From an uncultured Chloroflexia bacterium (GTDB lineage Bacteria; Chloroflexota; Limnocylindria; Limnocylindrales; CSP1-4), in assembly GCA_963768655.1 (NCBI GenBank), contig CAVYIM010000005.1:128001-192000 (forward strand): a DNA stretch of 64,000 nt, in the 5' to 3' direction. The position numbers and the translations under genes are program-made. This document shows, piece after piece, positions 1 to 11,518 of the stretch (positions are counted from its first letter, which is position 1; each line of letters starts with the position of its first letter). The notes under the pieces were generated by a model. It was given only the letters and a program-made list of their open reading frames with translations, was not told where the DNA came from and searched no databases.

Positions 1-1
1 C

Positions 2-850
2 TCGGCGGTCGTTCCGTTCGGCGACGGCTTCGCGGGCGTCTTTCGGGTAGACGACACGACCAGGATCATGAACGTCCACGCCGGCTTCAGCCGCGATGGC
101 GTCGACTGGAAGATCGAGCAGCCGACGATCGAGTGGATCGCGGCCGATCCGCGGGTTCGCGAGATCCAGGAGACCTTCGAGCACGCCTACGACCCTCGTG
201 TCACCTGGCTCGAGGACCGCTACTGGGTGACCTGGTGCAACGGCTACCACGGTCCGACGATCGGCGTGGGCTACACCTACGACTTCAAGTCCTTCCACCA
301 GTTCGACAACGCCTTCCTGCCCTTCAACCGCAACGGCGTTCTCTTCCCCCGACGGATACACGGCGCCTACCTCATGCTTTCGCGCCCGAGCGACAACGGC
401 CACACGCCGTTCGGCGACATCTACCTGTCGGAGAGCCCCGACCTGATCCACTGGGGCCGCCACCGCCGGGTCATGACCACCCGGCCCTGGACCTGGGAGT
501 CGACCAAGGTCGGTGCCGGCCCAACGCCGCTCGAGACGCCCGACGGCTGGCTGCTCATCTACCACGGCGTGCTGACGTCCTGCAACGGCTTCGTCTATTC
601 GATGGGAGCGGCGCTGCTGGACCTGGATGAGCCCTGGAAGGTGATCGCCCGCAGCCGCGACTACCTCCTCTCCCCGCAGGTCCCCTACGAGCAGGTCGGC
701 GACGTGCCGAACGTCGCTTTTCCTTGCGCCGCCCTCTACGACCGTCCGACCGGGCGCCTGACCGTCTACTACGGCGGCGCCGACACGGTCGTGTGCCTGG
801 CCCACGGCTACCTGCCCGAGGTGATCGAATTCGTTCGGGCGCGCAGCTAA
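2..850 (+). CDS. Glycoside hydrolase family 130 protein (beta-mannoside/mannooligosaccharide phosphorylase), 5'-truncated by the window edge
   Basis: Frame is open from base 2 ([18 protein letters not shown]). It contains GH130-type motifs [36 protein letters not shown] and YYGGAD. Confidence 0.9.
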   Translation, partial: SAVVPFGDGFAGVFRVDDTTRIMNVHAGFSRDGVDWKIEQPTIEWIAADPRVREIQETFEHAYDPRVTWLEDRYWVTWCNGYHGPTIGVGYTYDFKSFHQFDNAFLPFNRNGVLFPRRIHGAYLMLSRPSDNGHTPFGDIYLSESPDLIHWGRHRRVMTTRPWTWESTKVGAGPTPLETPDGWLLIYHGVLTSCNGFVYSMGAALLDLDEPWKVIARSRDYLLSPQVPYEQVGDVPNVAFPCAALYDRPTGRLTVYYGGADTVVCLAHGYLPEVIEFVRARS

Positions 851-897
851 CTCGGGCGCGCAGCTAACTCGGGCGCGCGGAGCGAATTCGGGCGCGC
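836..897. repeat. Short tandem repeat (17-bp unit tcgggcgcgcagctaac) spanning the GH130 stop codon
   Basis: Two exact units followed by degenerate tcgggcgcgc copies. Confidence 0.75.
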
Positions 898-979
898 CGC
901 ATCTCGACCAGCTCGACTCGCTGCCGGCCGGCGCAGCGGTTCTTCCCGCCCGACGCAACCCTGCGCCGGTGCGTCCGGC

Positions 980-1537
980 CTAACGCCGCCTGTTCCATTG
1001 CTGAGCGGACGGTGCGCGTCCGGCCGCCGGCGCGGTCTGCCTCAGAAGCGCGTCGATCTCGGCGCGCAGCTTTCGCCCGAACGTCGCGCGCTGGAGCCAC
1101 TCCAGATAGTCCCGGTCGTGGCGGGCGATCTCGCCGAGGGACCAGCCGGCGTATCGGCCGAAGTCCAGGACGGTCCCGGACGGATGGCCGGGCGGGGGAC
1201 CCGCGTGCGTCGCATCGGTCGGTCGGGGAGCGCCGGTCTCGGGCGGGGTGGCCGGGGCGCCCGTTACCGGCCGAGTCGCAGCGCCCGGTGTCGGCGCCGC
1301 GGGCGCCGGGGGCGCGGCGGGCGCCGGCTGACGGCTGGCTACGATCCTCGCCTCGTCGTAGTCCGCTCGCCGGACCGGGTCGCCGAGCACGTCCCAGGCA
1401 TCGTTCAACGCGATCATTCGACGGGCATCGCCGCCGTGGTCGGGATGGTATTTCCGAGCCAGCGTCCTGTATGCGGCCCGAATGACGTCCGCCTCGGCAC
1501 GGGGGCTGACCTGGAGGACCTCGTAGTAGTCGGGCAT
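980..1537 (-). CDS. J-domain (DnaJ-like) protein with a C-terminal FGRY/YLEW domain (DUF3820/ExoX-C-terminal-like)
   Basis: N-terminal DYYEVLQV...YHPD J-domain, Pro/Ala linker, C-terminal VLDFGRYAGWSLGEIARHDRDYLEWL. TAGGCT lies 7 nt upstream of the ATG. Confidence 0.85.
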   Translation of the reverse strand: MPDYYEVLQVSPRAEADVIRAAYRTLARKYHPDHGGDARRMIALNDAWDVLGDPVRRADYDEARIVASRQPAPAAPPAPAAPTPGAATRPVTGAPATPPETGAPRPTDATHAGPPPGHPSGTVLDFGRYAGWSLGEIARHDRDYLEWLQRATFGRKLRAEIDALLRQTAPAAGRAPSAQQWNRRR

Positions 1538-1708
1538 GGCCGAGAGCCTACAACCTCGCAGCCGTCCGTGGCGAGGAATGATGCGAGCCCGGTCGGCGCG
1601 CTCAGCGCTGGACGCAACTGGATGCGCTCGACGCCCGGAAGGCCGACAGAACAGGATTGAGTCTGCGCGAATGAGGCCCAGGCCACGCGGACCCCGACTG
1701 ATCGACGG

Positions 1709-2614
1709 TCAGCGGGCGGGGTCATGCGACCTGAACTCGACGCGATCGGCCTCGTCGAGAATGGCGCCCCAGAAGACGCTCGTCCGCGGCCACAGCCGGC
1801 GGGTTCCTTCCTCGATCGAGGGCGCCAGATCGCCGGCTCCGCCGGCCGGCCCCCACGGCGTGCTCCCGTCGGACCTCAGCCAGGCACGGGCCGACACCTG
1901 CACGCCCTCGATGAAAGAAGCGGTGTCGTCTCGGCGGTACGAGTCGAGCTCCCGGATGAGACGAAGGAAGCGCGCCTCTTGCCCGTACGTCCGCTCGGTC
2001 CGGCCGCACTCTGCCATCTCGTTGAAGACACGGTAGAGCCGCCAGCGAAACGTCGCCTCGCGTTCTTCGAGTTCGGGAGGACGGGCCTCCTCACCGTAGA
2101 TCTCGTGCTCCAGCTCGTAGATGCGGATGGAGCGACGACCCAGATCAAGGGGCCTCTGCGCGCCGTCGATCCAGCCGGTGTATCGAGCGACGAGCAGGTC
2201 GCACAACTCAGCCGTCTCCGCCGTCCGCAGCCGGTTCACACTCCGAACGACGCGACGCATGTCCTCGGCGCCATCGGCCGGCATCGGCGACGGGTAGCGG
2301 GCCATCAGGGCGGCAGCTTCCGCCTGGACGTGCCGCAACTCCCATTTCGGGTCGATCCCGCCGATCGCCAGCATCCACGAGGACGGTATGGCGATGAAGG
2401 CCAGGATCGCCAGTCCGAGTCCGATTGTCGCCAGGGGTCGAGGCTCCGCGGCCGGCAGCGCAAAGAACATCGCCGCCACCGCGGCCAGACGAACCCCGTC
2501 CATGACCAGGGCCCGGCCCCGGGCGCGCCCCTCGCGCAACATCTTCCGTTCGGTATGGAACAGGAAGGCCAGCATGATCACGAACAGGACCGAAGCCAGC
2601 CAGAAGAAGATCAT
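1709..2614 (-). CDS. Hypothetical membrane protein (about three N-terminal TM helices, helical C-terminal domain)
   Basis: 301-aa ORF with a hydrophobic N-terminus and protein-like composition. Confidence 0.7.
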   Translation of the reverse strand: MIFFWLASVLFVIMLAFLFHTERKMLREGRARGRALVMDGVRLAAVAAMFFALPAAEPRPLATIGLGLAILAFIAIPSSWMLAIGGIDPKWELRHVQAEAAALMARYPSPMPADGAEDMRRVVRSVNRLRTAETAELCDLLVARYTGWIDGAQRPLDLGRRSIRIYELEHEIYGEEARPPELEEREATFRWRLYRVFNEMAECGRTERTYGQEARFLRLIRELDSYRRDDTASFIEGVQVSARAWLRSDGSTPWGPAGGAGDLAPSIEEGTRRLWPRTSVFWGAILDEADRVEFRSHDPAR

Positions 2615-2886
2615 CTACTCGACCCGCTACCCGCGGGTCCGCGGTCACTCGTCCCGCCTGCGCGACCCGGACTCGCAACGGATAGGCTATCCCGCGACCA
2701 GCGCGCGGTGAAGAGTCCACGTCACGGCCTGACCGAAACCACGCGAACCGGTGAACGTTCGGCCGGGCAGCGTCTCATCTGATGGCCGCTCCGGTTCACT
2801 CACGACCGCCCATGCAGCGGGTAGTAGAGTGACTGATCGAGCGTGACGAGCCCGATGCCTGTCCGAGCGCCCGGAGCCTTCGCCCA

Positions 2887-3801
2887 ATGGCCGACCGCCC
2901 ACTTTCCGACGAACTGCACAAATCGATCGTCGACAACCTGGCCGACGGCGTCTACTACGTCGAGCCGGACCGCACGATCAGATACTGGAATCACGGCGCC
3001 GAGAAACTGGCGGGATACCGCGCCTCCGAGATAGTGGGGCGGCGATGCTACGACAACATCCTCGCCCACGTGGACGCTCAGGGGAATTCGCTCTGCCACA
3101 CGACATGCCCCCTTGCAGCGTCGATGCTCGACGGCGAATCTCGAGACGTGACGGTCTGGCTGCGCCATCGCGAGGGCTACCGCAAGCCGGTGCGCGTCAG
3201 GACGGCTGCTGTCCGAGACGAGACAGGCGCGATCGTCGGTGGCGTGGAGACGTTCTCCGACGCATCGGCCGTCGTGCGGGCCGCCGAGGATGCCGACCGG
3301 GCCCGCCATGATGCTTTGACCGACGAGCTGACCGGCCTGCCGAACCGTCGAATGTTCGACACCGCAGTCCGAACCCGGCTCGAGAACATGAGCCGCTACG
3401 GCTGGAACTTCGGTCTGCTGATCGTCGACATCGACAACTTCAAGGCCGTGAACGACCGATACGGTCACGCCGTCGGCGACGCCGTCCTCGCAGGCGTGGC
3501 CAAGACGATCCTGGGCGCCGTCCGGGCAGGCGACATGGTGGCTCGCTGGGGCGGCGAGGAATTCGCGGTGCTGGTCGAGGCCTCCGAGGCTGGCGGCCTG
3601 GCCGAGACCGCCGAGCGGGTGCGCGCGCTCGTGGCCCAGTCGGAAGTCCGTCACGAGGCCCTGGTACTGAAGGCCAACGTCTCGGCCGGTGGCTCGCTGG
3701 CGTCCCCCGACGACACGCCGGAGAGTCTCTTCGAGCGCGCAGACGGAGCCCTGTATTCGGCCAAGCGGGAGGGCCGCGACCGAATCGCCATCGTGGAATA
3801 G
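2887..3801 (+). CDS. PAS-GGDEF diguanylate cyclase
   Basis: PAS (WNHGAEKLAGY), D-x-LTGLPNRR, DIDNFKAVNDRYGHAVGD, RWGGEEF, AD-x-ALY-x-AK. Confidence 0.93.
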   Translation: MADRPLSDELHKSIVDNLADGVYYVEPDRTIRYWNHGAEKLAGYRASEIVGRRCYDNILAHVDAQGNSLCHTTCPLAASMLDGESRDVTVWLRHREGYRKPVRVRTAAVRDETGAIVGGVETFSDASAVVRAAEDADRARHDALTDELTGLPNRRMFDTAVRTRLENMSRYGWNFGLLIVDIDNFKAVNDRYGHAVGDAVLAGVAKTILGAVRAGDMVARWGGEEFAVLVEASEAGGLAETAERVRALVAQSEVRHEALVLKANVSAGGSLASPDDTPESLFERADGALYSAKREGRDRIAIVE

Positions 3802-3860
3802 AGACGCCGCACGCGACGAAGCTGCCGAATCATCGGGTCCGGCCGCGCATGGAGGGAATC

Positions 3861-3935
3861 TGGTGAGCCCGCAGGGATTCGAACCCTGAACCTAGGGATT
3901 AAGAGTCCCCCGCTCTACCGTTGAGCTACGGGCCC
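3861..3935 (-). tRNA. tRNA-Lys (anticodon CTT), CCA encoded
   Basis: Reverse complement reads GGGCCCGTAGCTCAACGGTAGAGCGGGGGACT-CTT-AATCCCTAGGTTCAGGGTTCGAATCCCTGCGGGCTCACCA. It folds into a cloverleaf with a TTCGAAT T-loop. Confidence 0.97.
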
Positions 3936-4113
3936 ACGGCCGCGAAGGATACAGCAACCCGGGCCTCGGGTGCCGTGCCGGTCTCCGGACGGCGTGGCCG
4001 TCGGGCCGAAGGCGCACGAGGCCAGCGCTCCCAAGCCGGGATCTCATCAGAACGGACTACTGCCTATCGGGACCCTCTGTACCTACAGACAGCCTTCCGC
4101 CTGGGGCTACGAT

Positions 4114-7100
4114 ATGCGGCGCGATGCCGGCCCCACCGTGTACTCAGAGGGAAAGCCGCGCCCGGGACGACGAAACTTGGTAGAGGCCTTGTCTGGAGAA
4201 GATCTCAAGCTTCTGGAACAGCTCGGCGCCGGGTTGGCGATAGTCGATCCGGCCGGACTGGTCGTGCTCTGGAGTGACGACGCCGCACGGATTCTCGGTA
4301 TCGCCGCCACTGAGGCGCAGGGCGCACCGTGGTCCGACTGCCTGACCGTGATCCGTGGCGATGAGTCGGGCGGGGCGACGCTCCCCGTCGAGATCCTGGA
4401 GCCGGGCGGCTGGCACGGCCAGCTTCACGTCCGGACCCGGCACGGCAGCACGAAATGGCTCCGCGCCCACATACAGCCGATCACTCGGCCGGACTTCGGT
4501 GGCAAGCCGGGCGTGGCGGCGATGTTCTGGGACGGCGAGGGACCCGATCGCGCCGTGTCCGGGGCCGAGGCGGCGCAACTCCCATATCGAGACCTCTTCG
4601 TCCATTCGCCCGAGGCGCTCCTCCTGGCGAACCTGACCAGCGTCATCGTCGACGCCAACGAGCTGGCCGCGGCCCTCCTTGGCACTTCGCGGCAGGACAT
4701 GATCGGCAAGCCGCTGGTCAGCTTCCTGGTCGGGCGAACGGATGCGGACACCGAGGCCACTCGCAACGAGTTGCTGGCATCGGGTTCGATAGTCCGCCGC
4801 GTTTCGGTGCAGCCCGCGTGGGGCGAAGCCTTCCCGGCTGAGATCATCGTCTCGCTCGCGACGTCCATGGCCGGTGGATACGGCTACTGCCTGGTCAGGA
4901 TGTGCGACAGAACTGAGGAAGAGCGGCTGGAGGTGTTGCTCCGCAACCTCGCCGCTCTCGCGCGGCTGGGAGACCAGCTTCAGACTGCCGAGGAAGTCGC
5001 GCAACAGGCGCTCGACATCATCGCCGCCAGCTGGTCCGCCGGCGCGGCCATGGCGATCCTCGACAGCGAGGACGGTTTCTCCATCGTCGCCGGAACGAGC
5101 ACGCCGGAGGCGATCCGGGCGACTCTGAGCGGCGTCGATCCGGCTCGCTCGCCGCTGGCAACGCTCGTCAAAGACGCGCAGGTTCCCTTCGAGATGGATC
5201 TGGGCGACCCTCACTCGCCGCCGTGGACCGGACGGGCAAGCGCCCTCGGACTGTGCGCCCTGCGAGGGACGCCGCTCTGGTGCGACGATCGCCGCATCGG
5301 GGCGATGGTCCTGCTCTGGGCCGGCGATCCGCCGCCCGCTCTCAATACCGCTCGCCTCAGGCTGACGGGCCGCTACGTGGGCGTCGCGATCGGCAGCGTT
5401 GCGACGCGCTTGAAGGTGCAGCGCGACGCGGAGCTGCGGGAAAGCCTGGCGGGATCGGCCCGTATCGGCGGTGTGGTCGTCGAGCAGATGACCGACGCGA
5501 TCGTGACCACTGACGCGACCGATCGAGTCACGGCCGTCAACCCCGCAGGCGAGCATCTATATGGAGTAGCGGAAGAAGAGGCCGTCGGCCGCCGCCTGGA
5601 CGAGGTCATCGAGCAACTTCGGCTCGATGGTTCACCGCTGGGCACGGAGGCAACGGACCAGGCAGCCTCGATGGGCTACTGGCACGGACGTGTCGTCCAT
5701 CGGCCGCTGACTGGCAGCTTCGCCGGCCGGCCCATCGTGGTCGACCTGTCGCTGACATCACTCCGAGACGATCAGCACAGACCGGCCGGTCTCATAGCGA
5801 TGAGCCACGAGGTCGCGATCACCGCCCACATGGAGGCCGAGGCGGCCGCTCTCGGCTCTCTGGCCGTTGCCACGGGGCGGGCTCGGAGCCGGCACGAGGT
5901 TGCCGAGGCGGCCCTGGAGCGCCTCTGCGAGGCCACGATGGCCGACGCGGGCATCATCGGGACCTGGGGCAAGGGCGGAGCCCCCCTGGCGATCGAAGCG
6001 AGTCGCGGAATCAGCCAGGATGTGCTGGAAGTCATCGTGAGCAGCGACCTCCCAGATCTCGGATCCGCCCTCGAAACGCCCGGCGCGGTCATCGCCCTCG
6101 AGAGCCTGGGAACGTTCCAGAACGGAGGGGATCTGGCCGCGACCCTTACCAAAGACGGGCTGCAGACTGGCTTCCTGGTCGACCTGCGCACTCGCGACGA
6201 GTCGGTCGGATTTCTTGCGCTCGCCGCGCGCCGCGCGGCCTGGGGCCGGCCGGGCGACGAGGTCATTTTGCAGGCCGCGGCCCAGGTCGTCAGCGCGCTG
6301 GAGAATGCCCGCCTGATGGAGCGCCTGGAACAAGGGCTCGAGCAGGAGCGGCGCCTGACGGCCCAACTCGAGACGCTGATGGGACTGACGCTGCTGCCTC
6401 AGGGTGACATCGACGAGAACACGCTGGCCCTCTTCCTGCTGGAGCGCGTCGTCGGGGCGCTCGGGGCGAACGGTGGTCTGGCGGTCCGGACCAACGACGG
6501 CGGCTTCCAGGTCATAGCCTCGAACCGGATACCGATCGGCATGGCCCGTGCCCTCGAATCCCGACCCGCCAGCGACTTTCATTTCTGGCGGCGCCTGACG
6601 ACCCAGGCCCCGGCCGGGGCATTCCAGCAGGCTCTGACCGAGGTCGCAGCGGAGGGCGGACGGGTCGAGGAAATGATCAGCGCTGGGGTGACTTCGTATG
6701 CTGTCTTCCCCGCCCGAGATGGCGACCGCGTCATTGCTGCGTTCCTGTGCTACTTCAGCGACTCGGGGGCGTCGAGCTCCCTGGCGGACGAACGGACCAT
6801 CGACGCAGTGGGCCGGATCATCTCGATCGCCTACGCCAACGTCCGAATGAGCGAGGGCCTCAGTGAGGCGGCCGAACACGAGCGCCGCCTGACGGCAGAG
6901 CTGCGCGCCCTCCAGGAACTGACGCTGCTGGGCGCTTCGACGGACGATCTCGGGCGCCTTGCCCAGGAGACGATCGAGGCGGTCGTCGTCTCCACCGGGG
7001 CCGCCGGCGGCGGGTACATCCTGGTCGACCCCTCGACATCGAGGGTGGACCCGATCGTCTGGGTCGGGCAATCGAGCCGCAGTTGGGCGGCCCTGAGCGA

Positions 7101-9848
7101 GTCGCCGACGATTCCCTCCGATTGGCCCCCGCTCGACCGACTGGGGCCCGAGGATGGCGTCTGGCTGTCGCGAGCTGGCAGGACAGGCGCGGCCGCCGAA
7201 GGCGGCGAGACGGCGCCGGGCGACGAAGACAGCGACACGGCGGCCTGCGTCCAGGCGGTCCTGCCCCTCCGCGTCGAAGGCCGGCTCGCCGGCGTCTTGC
7301 ACCTGGAGTGGTCGGCCACGCCGCGGGTCGAACAGTTCGACGATCACTTCCTGGAGCCCATCGCCCGCATCTGCAGCATCGGTCTCGCCAACTTCCGGCT
7401 ACGCTCCGAGCTGCTCCACCGCGCCGCCGCTCAGAGAGCCCTGACCCATCGCCTCGACACACTCGACGAGTTGACGCGCATCGGCGAGGAGGCCAGCTCC
7501 TTCGAGGAGCTGGCCCACCGCACCGTGAGCCTGGTCCGCGAGGCACTCGGCGCTGCCGGAGTCTGCTACCTGCTCCTCGAACCGGGGCACCACTTCGAGA
7601 CGCACGCCGTGGCCGGCGATACGGGCGCCTTCCGGCAGTGGATAAGGGACGTGCCGGCCAAGGAGGCCCCGGGCGGTACCGCCCTCCTCTCGGGCGGAGG
7701 GGGCGTGCTGGGGGACTTCGTCGCCACTCAGGTCAACGAGCGAGTTCTGCAGCTGGCGCGGGCGGCGGGATTCAAGTCGTTCGGCGCGATCCCGATCCGC
7801 ACCGGGGAGGAGCTGGCCGGTGCCCTGCTGTGTTTCTTCGAGCAGACCGCCACCACCCTCCCGGTCGACGAGGCGGCGCTCGATTCGGTCGCGCGGATCG
7901 GCGGCATCGCCCTGGCCAACTTCCGCCTGCGCGAGCGCCTCGTTTCGTCCGAGGAGCGATACCGGACTCTCTTCGAGGAATCGCCCGACGCCCTTTTCGT
8001 GACCGCGCTCGACGGCACGGTCCTGGATGCCAACGAGGCCGCGGTGCGGCTCTACCACATCAACCGGGGCGATGTCATGGGCCGCTACTTCGGCCATCTC
8101 ATCTCCGCCGACGAACGCGAAATGGCACGCCGCCGCCAGATCGTGTGGGCTCAGGGCAGGGGCACGTTCAGCGATCGCGGGCACCGCCCCGAGGGCTCGG
8201 AGTTCCCCGTCGAGGTCGAGGTGCGAGTGGTCGAGCTCGGCGGACAGCGCCGCTTCCTCTCGCTCGTCCGCGACCTCTCGGACCAGGAGCGTCTCACCAA
8301 CGAGCTTCTGCAGGCCCAGAAGATGGAGGCCATCGGCCAACTGGTTGCGGGCGTGGCCCACGAGCTAAACAACCCGCTGGCGGCAATCATCGCGTTCAGC
8401 CAGCTGATGCGAGGCGACGAGCGTCTGCCCGACGACATGAAGCACGACGCCGGCCTGCTCGTCCAGGAGGCGGACCGAACCAGGCGCATCGTCCAGAACC
8501 TGCTGGACTTCGCCCGCCAGCGCCCACCCGAGCGACGGCAGACGAACATCTCTACTCTCGTCCGAAGCGTGCTCGAGCTGCAGTCGTACGCCCTGAGCAC
8601 GAACCGGGTCCAGGTCGAGGTCGACATTCCCGAAGATCTGCCCGAGGTGGACCTCGACCGGGCGCAGATGCAGCAGGTCCTGCTGAACCTGACGATCAAT
8701 GCCATTCAAGCCTTCCGGACGCGCGAGCGGGCCGCGCAGGCGCATCTCTGGGTCACTGCGACCGATGTCAAGACCATTCGGGGTCCGGGCGGCCCGAAGG
8801 CCGACAAGCTGGCCGGCGACCAGGAGCGCGTCCGGATCACCATTCGCGACGATGGGCCGGGCGTTCCCGAGGCCGCCCGAGCGCGGCTGTTCGACCCGTT
8901 CTTCACCACCAAGCAGCCGGGCGAAGGCACGGGCCTCGGGCTGTCCGTTTCCTTCGGCATCGTCGCGGCGCACGGGGGCCACCTCTGGTACGAGCCCGGC
9001 CCGGCGAACGTCGGAAGCTGCTTCATGATGGAACTGCCGGTTCGGGCGAAGCCGATGAATGAGCGGCAGCCGGCGGCGGCGGATTCGGATACTCGGCGCG
9101 GCGCCCAACCCGTCGAAGAGTCGACGGCGAGCGAGCGACGGACAGGCGACGAACCGGAAGGGCCCGAGACGGAGGCCAGGCCGAAGGCAACCCGGCGCGG
9201 ACGCAGGACCGCGCCGGCCGGAAGCCCGTCGGCTGAGGGCTCGCCGGCTCAAGGCGCGCCGCCCGGCGCGGGCAGTCCGGTGGAAGCCGCCCCCGTCCAG
9301 GAGGCCGCTGTCGCGGCCGCGGCGGGACAAGAGCAGGCTCTGCCCGCGACCGTGGCAAGAACGCCGGCCGGCCTGCCCGTCGGCGCCGCCGCGCTACCCG
9401 CAGGGGCCGCCTCGCCCGCACCGGTGGCCTCGGCTCGCCGGCCCGCGGCGATGCCGGGCGCCCGGCTGCGCATTCTGGCCCTTGACGACGAGCCATCGAT
9501 CCGGGCCTTCCTCAAGAAGGTCCTCGCCGCGTCCGGCATGGACTGCGACCCGTATCAGGACGGCGCCCAGGCCCTGGAGGGTTTGCGCGACACGACCTAC
9601 GACGTGATGCTGATCGACCATCGCATGGCCGGCATGAGCGGGACCGAGTTCTACGACGCCGCGATCGAATTCCGGCCCGAGCTGGCCAAGCGCGCCGTGT
9701 TCATGAGCGGCGGACGTGCGGAACGACGACCTGCGCGACTTCGCCACCGAGGCGCGGCATCAGGCTGCTGGCGAAGCCGTTCGACATCGACGCCGTGATC
9801 CGGGTCGTGCGGGAGGCGATCGCCGCCGCTCAGGCAGACGAGCACTGA
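4114..9848 (+). CDS. Large cytoplasmic hybrid sensor histidine kinase (about 4 PAS, about 5 GAF, HisKA, HATPase, REC); two apparent +1 frameshifts near 9712 and 9751
   Basis: H-box AGVAHELNNPL, N-box QVLLNLTINA, D-box DDGPG, FDPFFTTK and GTGLGL; REC domain ILALDDE...DHRM. Removing two extra G bases restores MSGDVRNDDLRDFATERGIRLLAKPFDIDAV, ending at TGA 9846-9848. Start is uncertain (4114 or 4177). Confidence 0.88.
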
Positions 9849-9901
9849 GGCCGGACGAGCCGTCTTCGTCGGGCTTGCCCGCCTGGCTGCCCGCCGTGCC
9901 T

Positions 9902-11065
9902 CTACCTGGTGCGGGCCGGTCCGGATCCGGACGCGTCGCCGACCAGACTGTCGAGGATGGCGTCGGCGGCGGCGTATGGGTCGATCTCGTGAGCCGCCAC
10001 GGAGCGGAGCAACCCGCCGGCGGCCGGGGGCGGTGCCGGCGCGGGGTCCAGCCCGCCACCGGGCCCCGCGGCGACTCCCGTCTCGGCGACTCCCGCCTCG
10101 GCGCCCTCGAGCGCGCGTACGCGCGCGTGCAGCCGATCCACGAGCACGGCCCAGACCTGGGCCTCGGCTCGCTTGAGGCGCGCGGATTCGCCGTCTGAGC
10201 CGCGGGCCGCGGAACGATGCCGGTCGATCGCAGCCAGGAGCGCGGCCACTCCCTCGCCGGTTGCGGCGGTGGTCACCAGCACTTCCGGATGCTTGGGCGC
10301 GGGCCGGCCCGGCCGGGCCTCGCGGGGAGCGTCGGCCAGCATGGCGTGGAGCTGACCGGCCGTTCGGTGGGCCCCCGGTCGATCGCCCTTGTTGACGACG
10401 ATGACGTCGGCCACCTCGAGCAGCCCGGCTTTGATCGCCTGGATCTCGTCGCCCATCTCGGGCGCCTCGACGACGACCGTGGTGTCCGCGGCAGCGGCGA
10501 CCTCGACCTCGCTCTGGCCCGTGCCCACGGTCTCGATCAGCACCACGTCAAAGCCGACGGCGTCGAACACCGCCGCAGCGGCGCTCGTCGCGGAGGAGAG
10601 GCCGCCGGCGTGACCGCGCGACGCCATCGACCGGATGAAGACGTCGGCGTCCGCGGCGTAGGCCTGCATCCGGACTCGATCGCCCAGTACGGCGCCGCCC
10701 GTGATGGGGCTGGAGGGGTCCACTGCCACGACGGCCACCGGCCGGCCGGCGCGGCGAAGCTCCGCGATCAGCGCCGCAACCAGCGTGCTCTTGCCCGCGC
10801 CGGGGGGTCCGGTCACACCGATCAGCTGAGCCCGCCCAGCCCGCGGGTACAGCCGCCGCAGGGCTGCTTCGGCGAGGGGCGTGCGGTTCTCGACGGCCGT
10901 CAGGAGCCGGGCCAGGGCCCGGCGATCGCCGGCGAGCGCCGCCTCGCACAGCAGGTCCGCCCGCTCCACGACCGACCCGCCGGCTGCCTTCGACTCCCCG
11001 GCTGCCTTCGACCCGTCGGCCGCCTTCGACTCCCCGGCCGCCTTCGACCGTCGCGAGCCGGCCAT
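9902..11065 (-). CDS. meaB: Methylmalonyl-CoA mutase-associated GTPase MeaB/ArgK
   Basis: GVTGPPGAGKST, VDPSSPITGGAVLGDRVRM, FIRSMASRG, ETVG, GDEIQAIKAG, VNKGD. Confidence 0.93.
   Translation of the reverse strand: MAGSRRSKAAGESKAADGSKAAGESKAAGGSVVERADLLCEAALAGDRRALARLLTAVENRTPLAEAALRRLYPRAGRAQLIGVTGPPGAGKSTLVAALIAELRRAGRPVAVVAVDPSSPITGGAVLGDRVRMQAYAADADVFIRSMASRGHAGGLSSATSAAAAVFDAVGFDVVLIETVGTGQSEVEVAAAADTTVVVEAPEMGDEIQAIKAGLLEVADVIVVNKGDRPGAHRTAGQLHAMLADAPREARPGRPAPKHPEVLVTTAATGEGVAALLAAIDRHRSAARGSDGESARLKRAEAQVWAVLVDRLHARVRALEGAEAGVAETGVAAGPGGGLDPAPAPPPAAGGLLRSVAAHEIDPYAAADAILDSLVGDASGSGPARTR
10981..11050. repeat. In-frame 18-bp tandem repeat (four copies) encoding SKAAGE/SKAADG at the MeaB N-terminus
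   Basis: Four imperfect cggctgccttcgactccc-like units. Confidence 0.8.
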
Positions 11066-11075
11066 CGCCGTCGCC

Positions 11076-11480
11076 CTAGTCCCGCGGCCGGGCGTTGGCG
11101 CGCAGGAAGTCGGCCACCTGGGCGATCGTCGTGCCGGGCCCGAAGACGGCGGCGACGCCCGCCTCCTTCAGCGCCGGAACGTCGTCGTCGGGGATGATCC
11201 CGCCGGCGGCCACCAGGACGTCGCTCATGCCGCGCTCGCGCATCAGGGCGCAGATCCGGGGCAGCAACGTCATGTGCGCGCCCGACAGGATCGACAGTCC
11301 GACGACGTCGACGTCCTCCTGGAGAGCGGCGGTGACGATCATCTCGGGGGTCTGGCGCAGGCCTGTGTATACGACCTCGAAGCCCTCGTCGCGGAGGCCG
11401 CGCGCGAGAACTTTGGCGCCGCGATCGTGCCCGTCGAGCCCGGGCTTGGCGATGAGAACTTTGAGCGGTCGATCGGTCAT
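11076..11480 (-). CDS. Cobalamin-binding domain protein (methylmalonyl-CoA mutase small subunit type)
   Basis: [11 protein letters not shown] (DxHxxG), [24 protein letters not shown] lies 6 nt upstream of ATG 11480. Confidence 0.93.
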   Translation of the reverse strand: MTDRPLKVLIAKPGLDGHDRGAKVLARGLRDEGFEVVYTGLRQTPEMIVTAALQEDVDVVGLSILSGAHMTLLPRICALMRERGMSDVLVAAGGIIPDDDVPALKEAGVAAVFGPGTTIAQVADFLRANARPRD

Positions 11481-11518
11481 GGCCGAATGATAGCGGCGCC
11501 GGCCGGCCGCTTGAGCGC

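Noticed and set aside
3861-3935. tRNA-Lys as the attachment site of an integrated element
   Set aside because: I found no integrase, no duplicated tRNA 3' end and no obvious compositional shift.
9700-9760. Programmed ribosomal frameshifting in the kinase REC domain
   Set aside because: Two separate extra bases within 40 nt and no slippery sequence; sequencing error is the simpler explanation.
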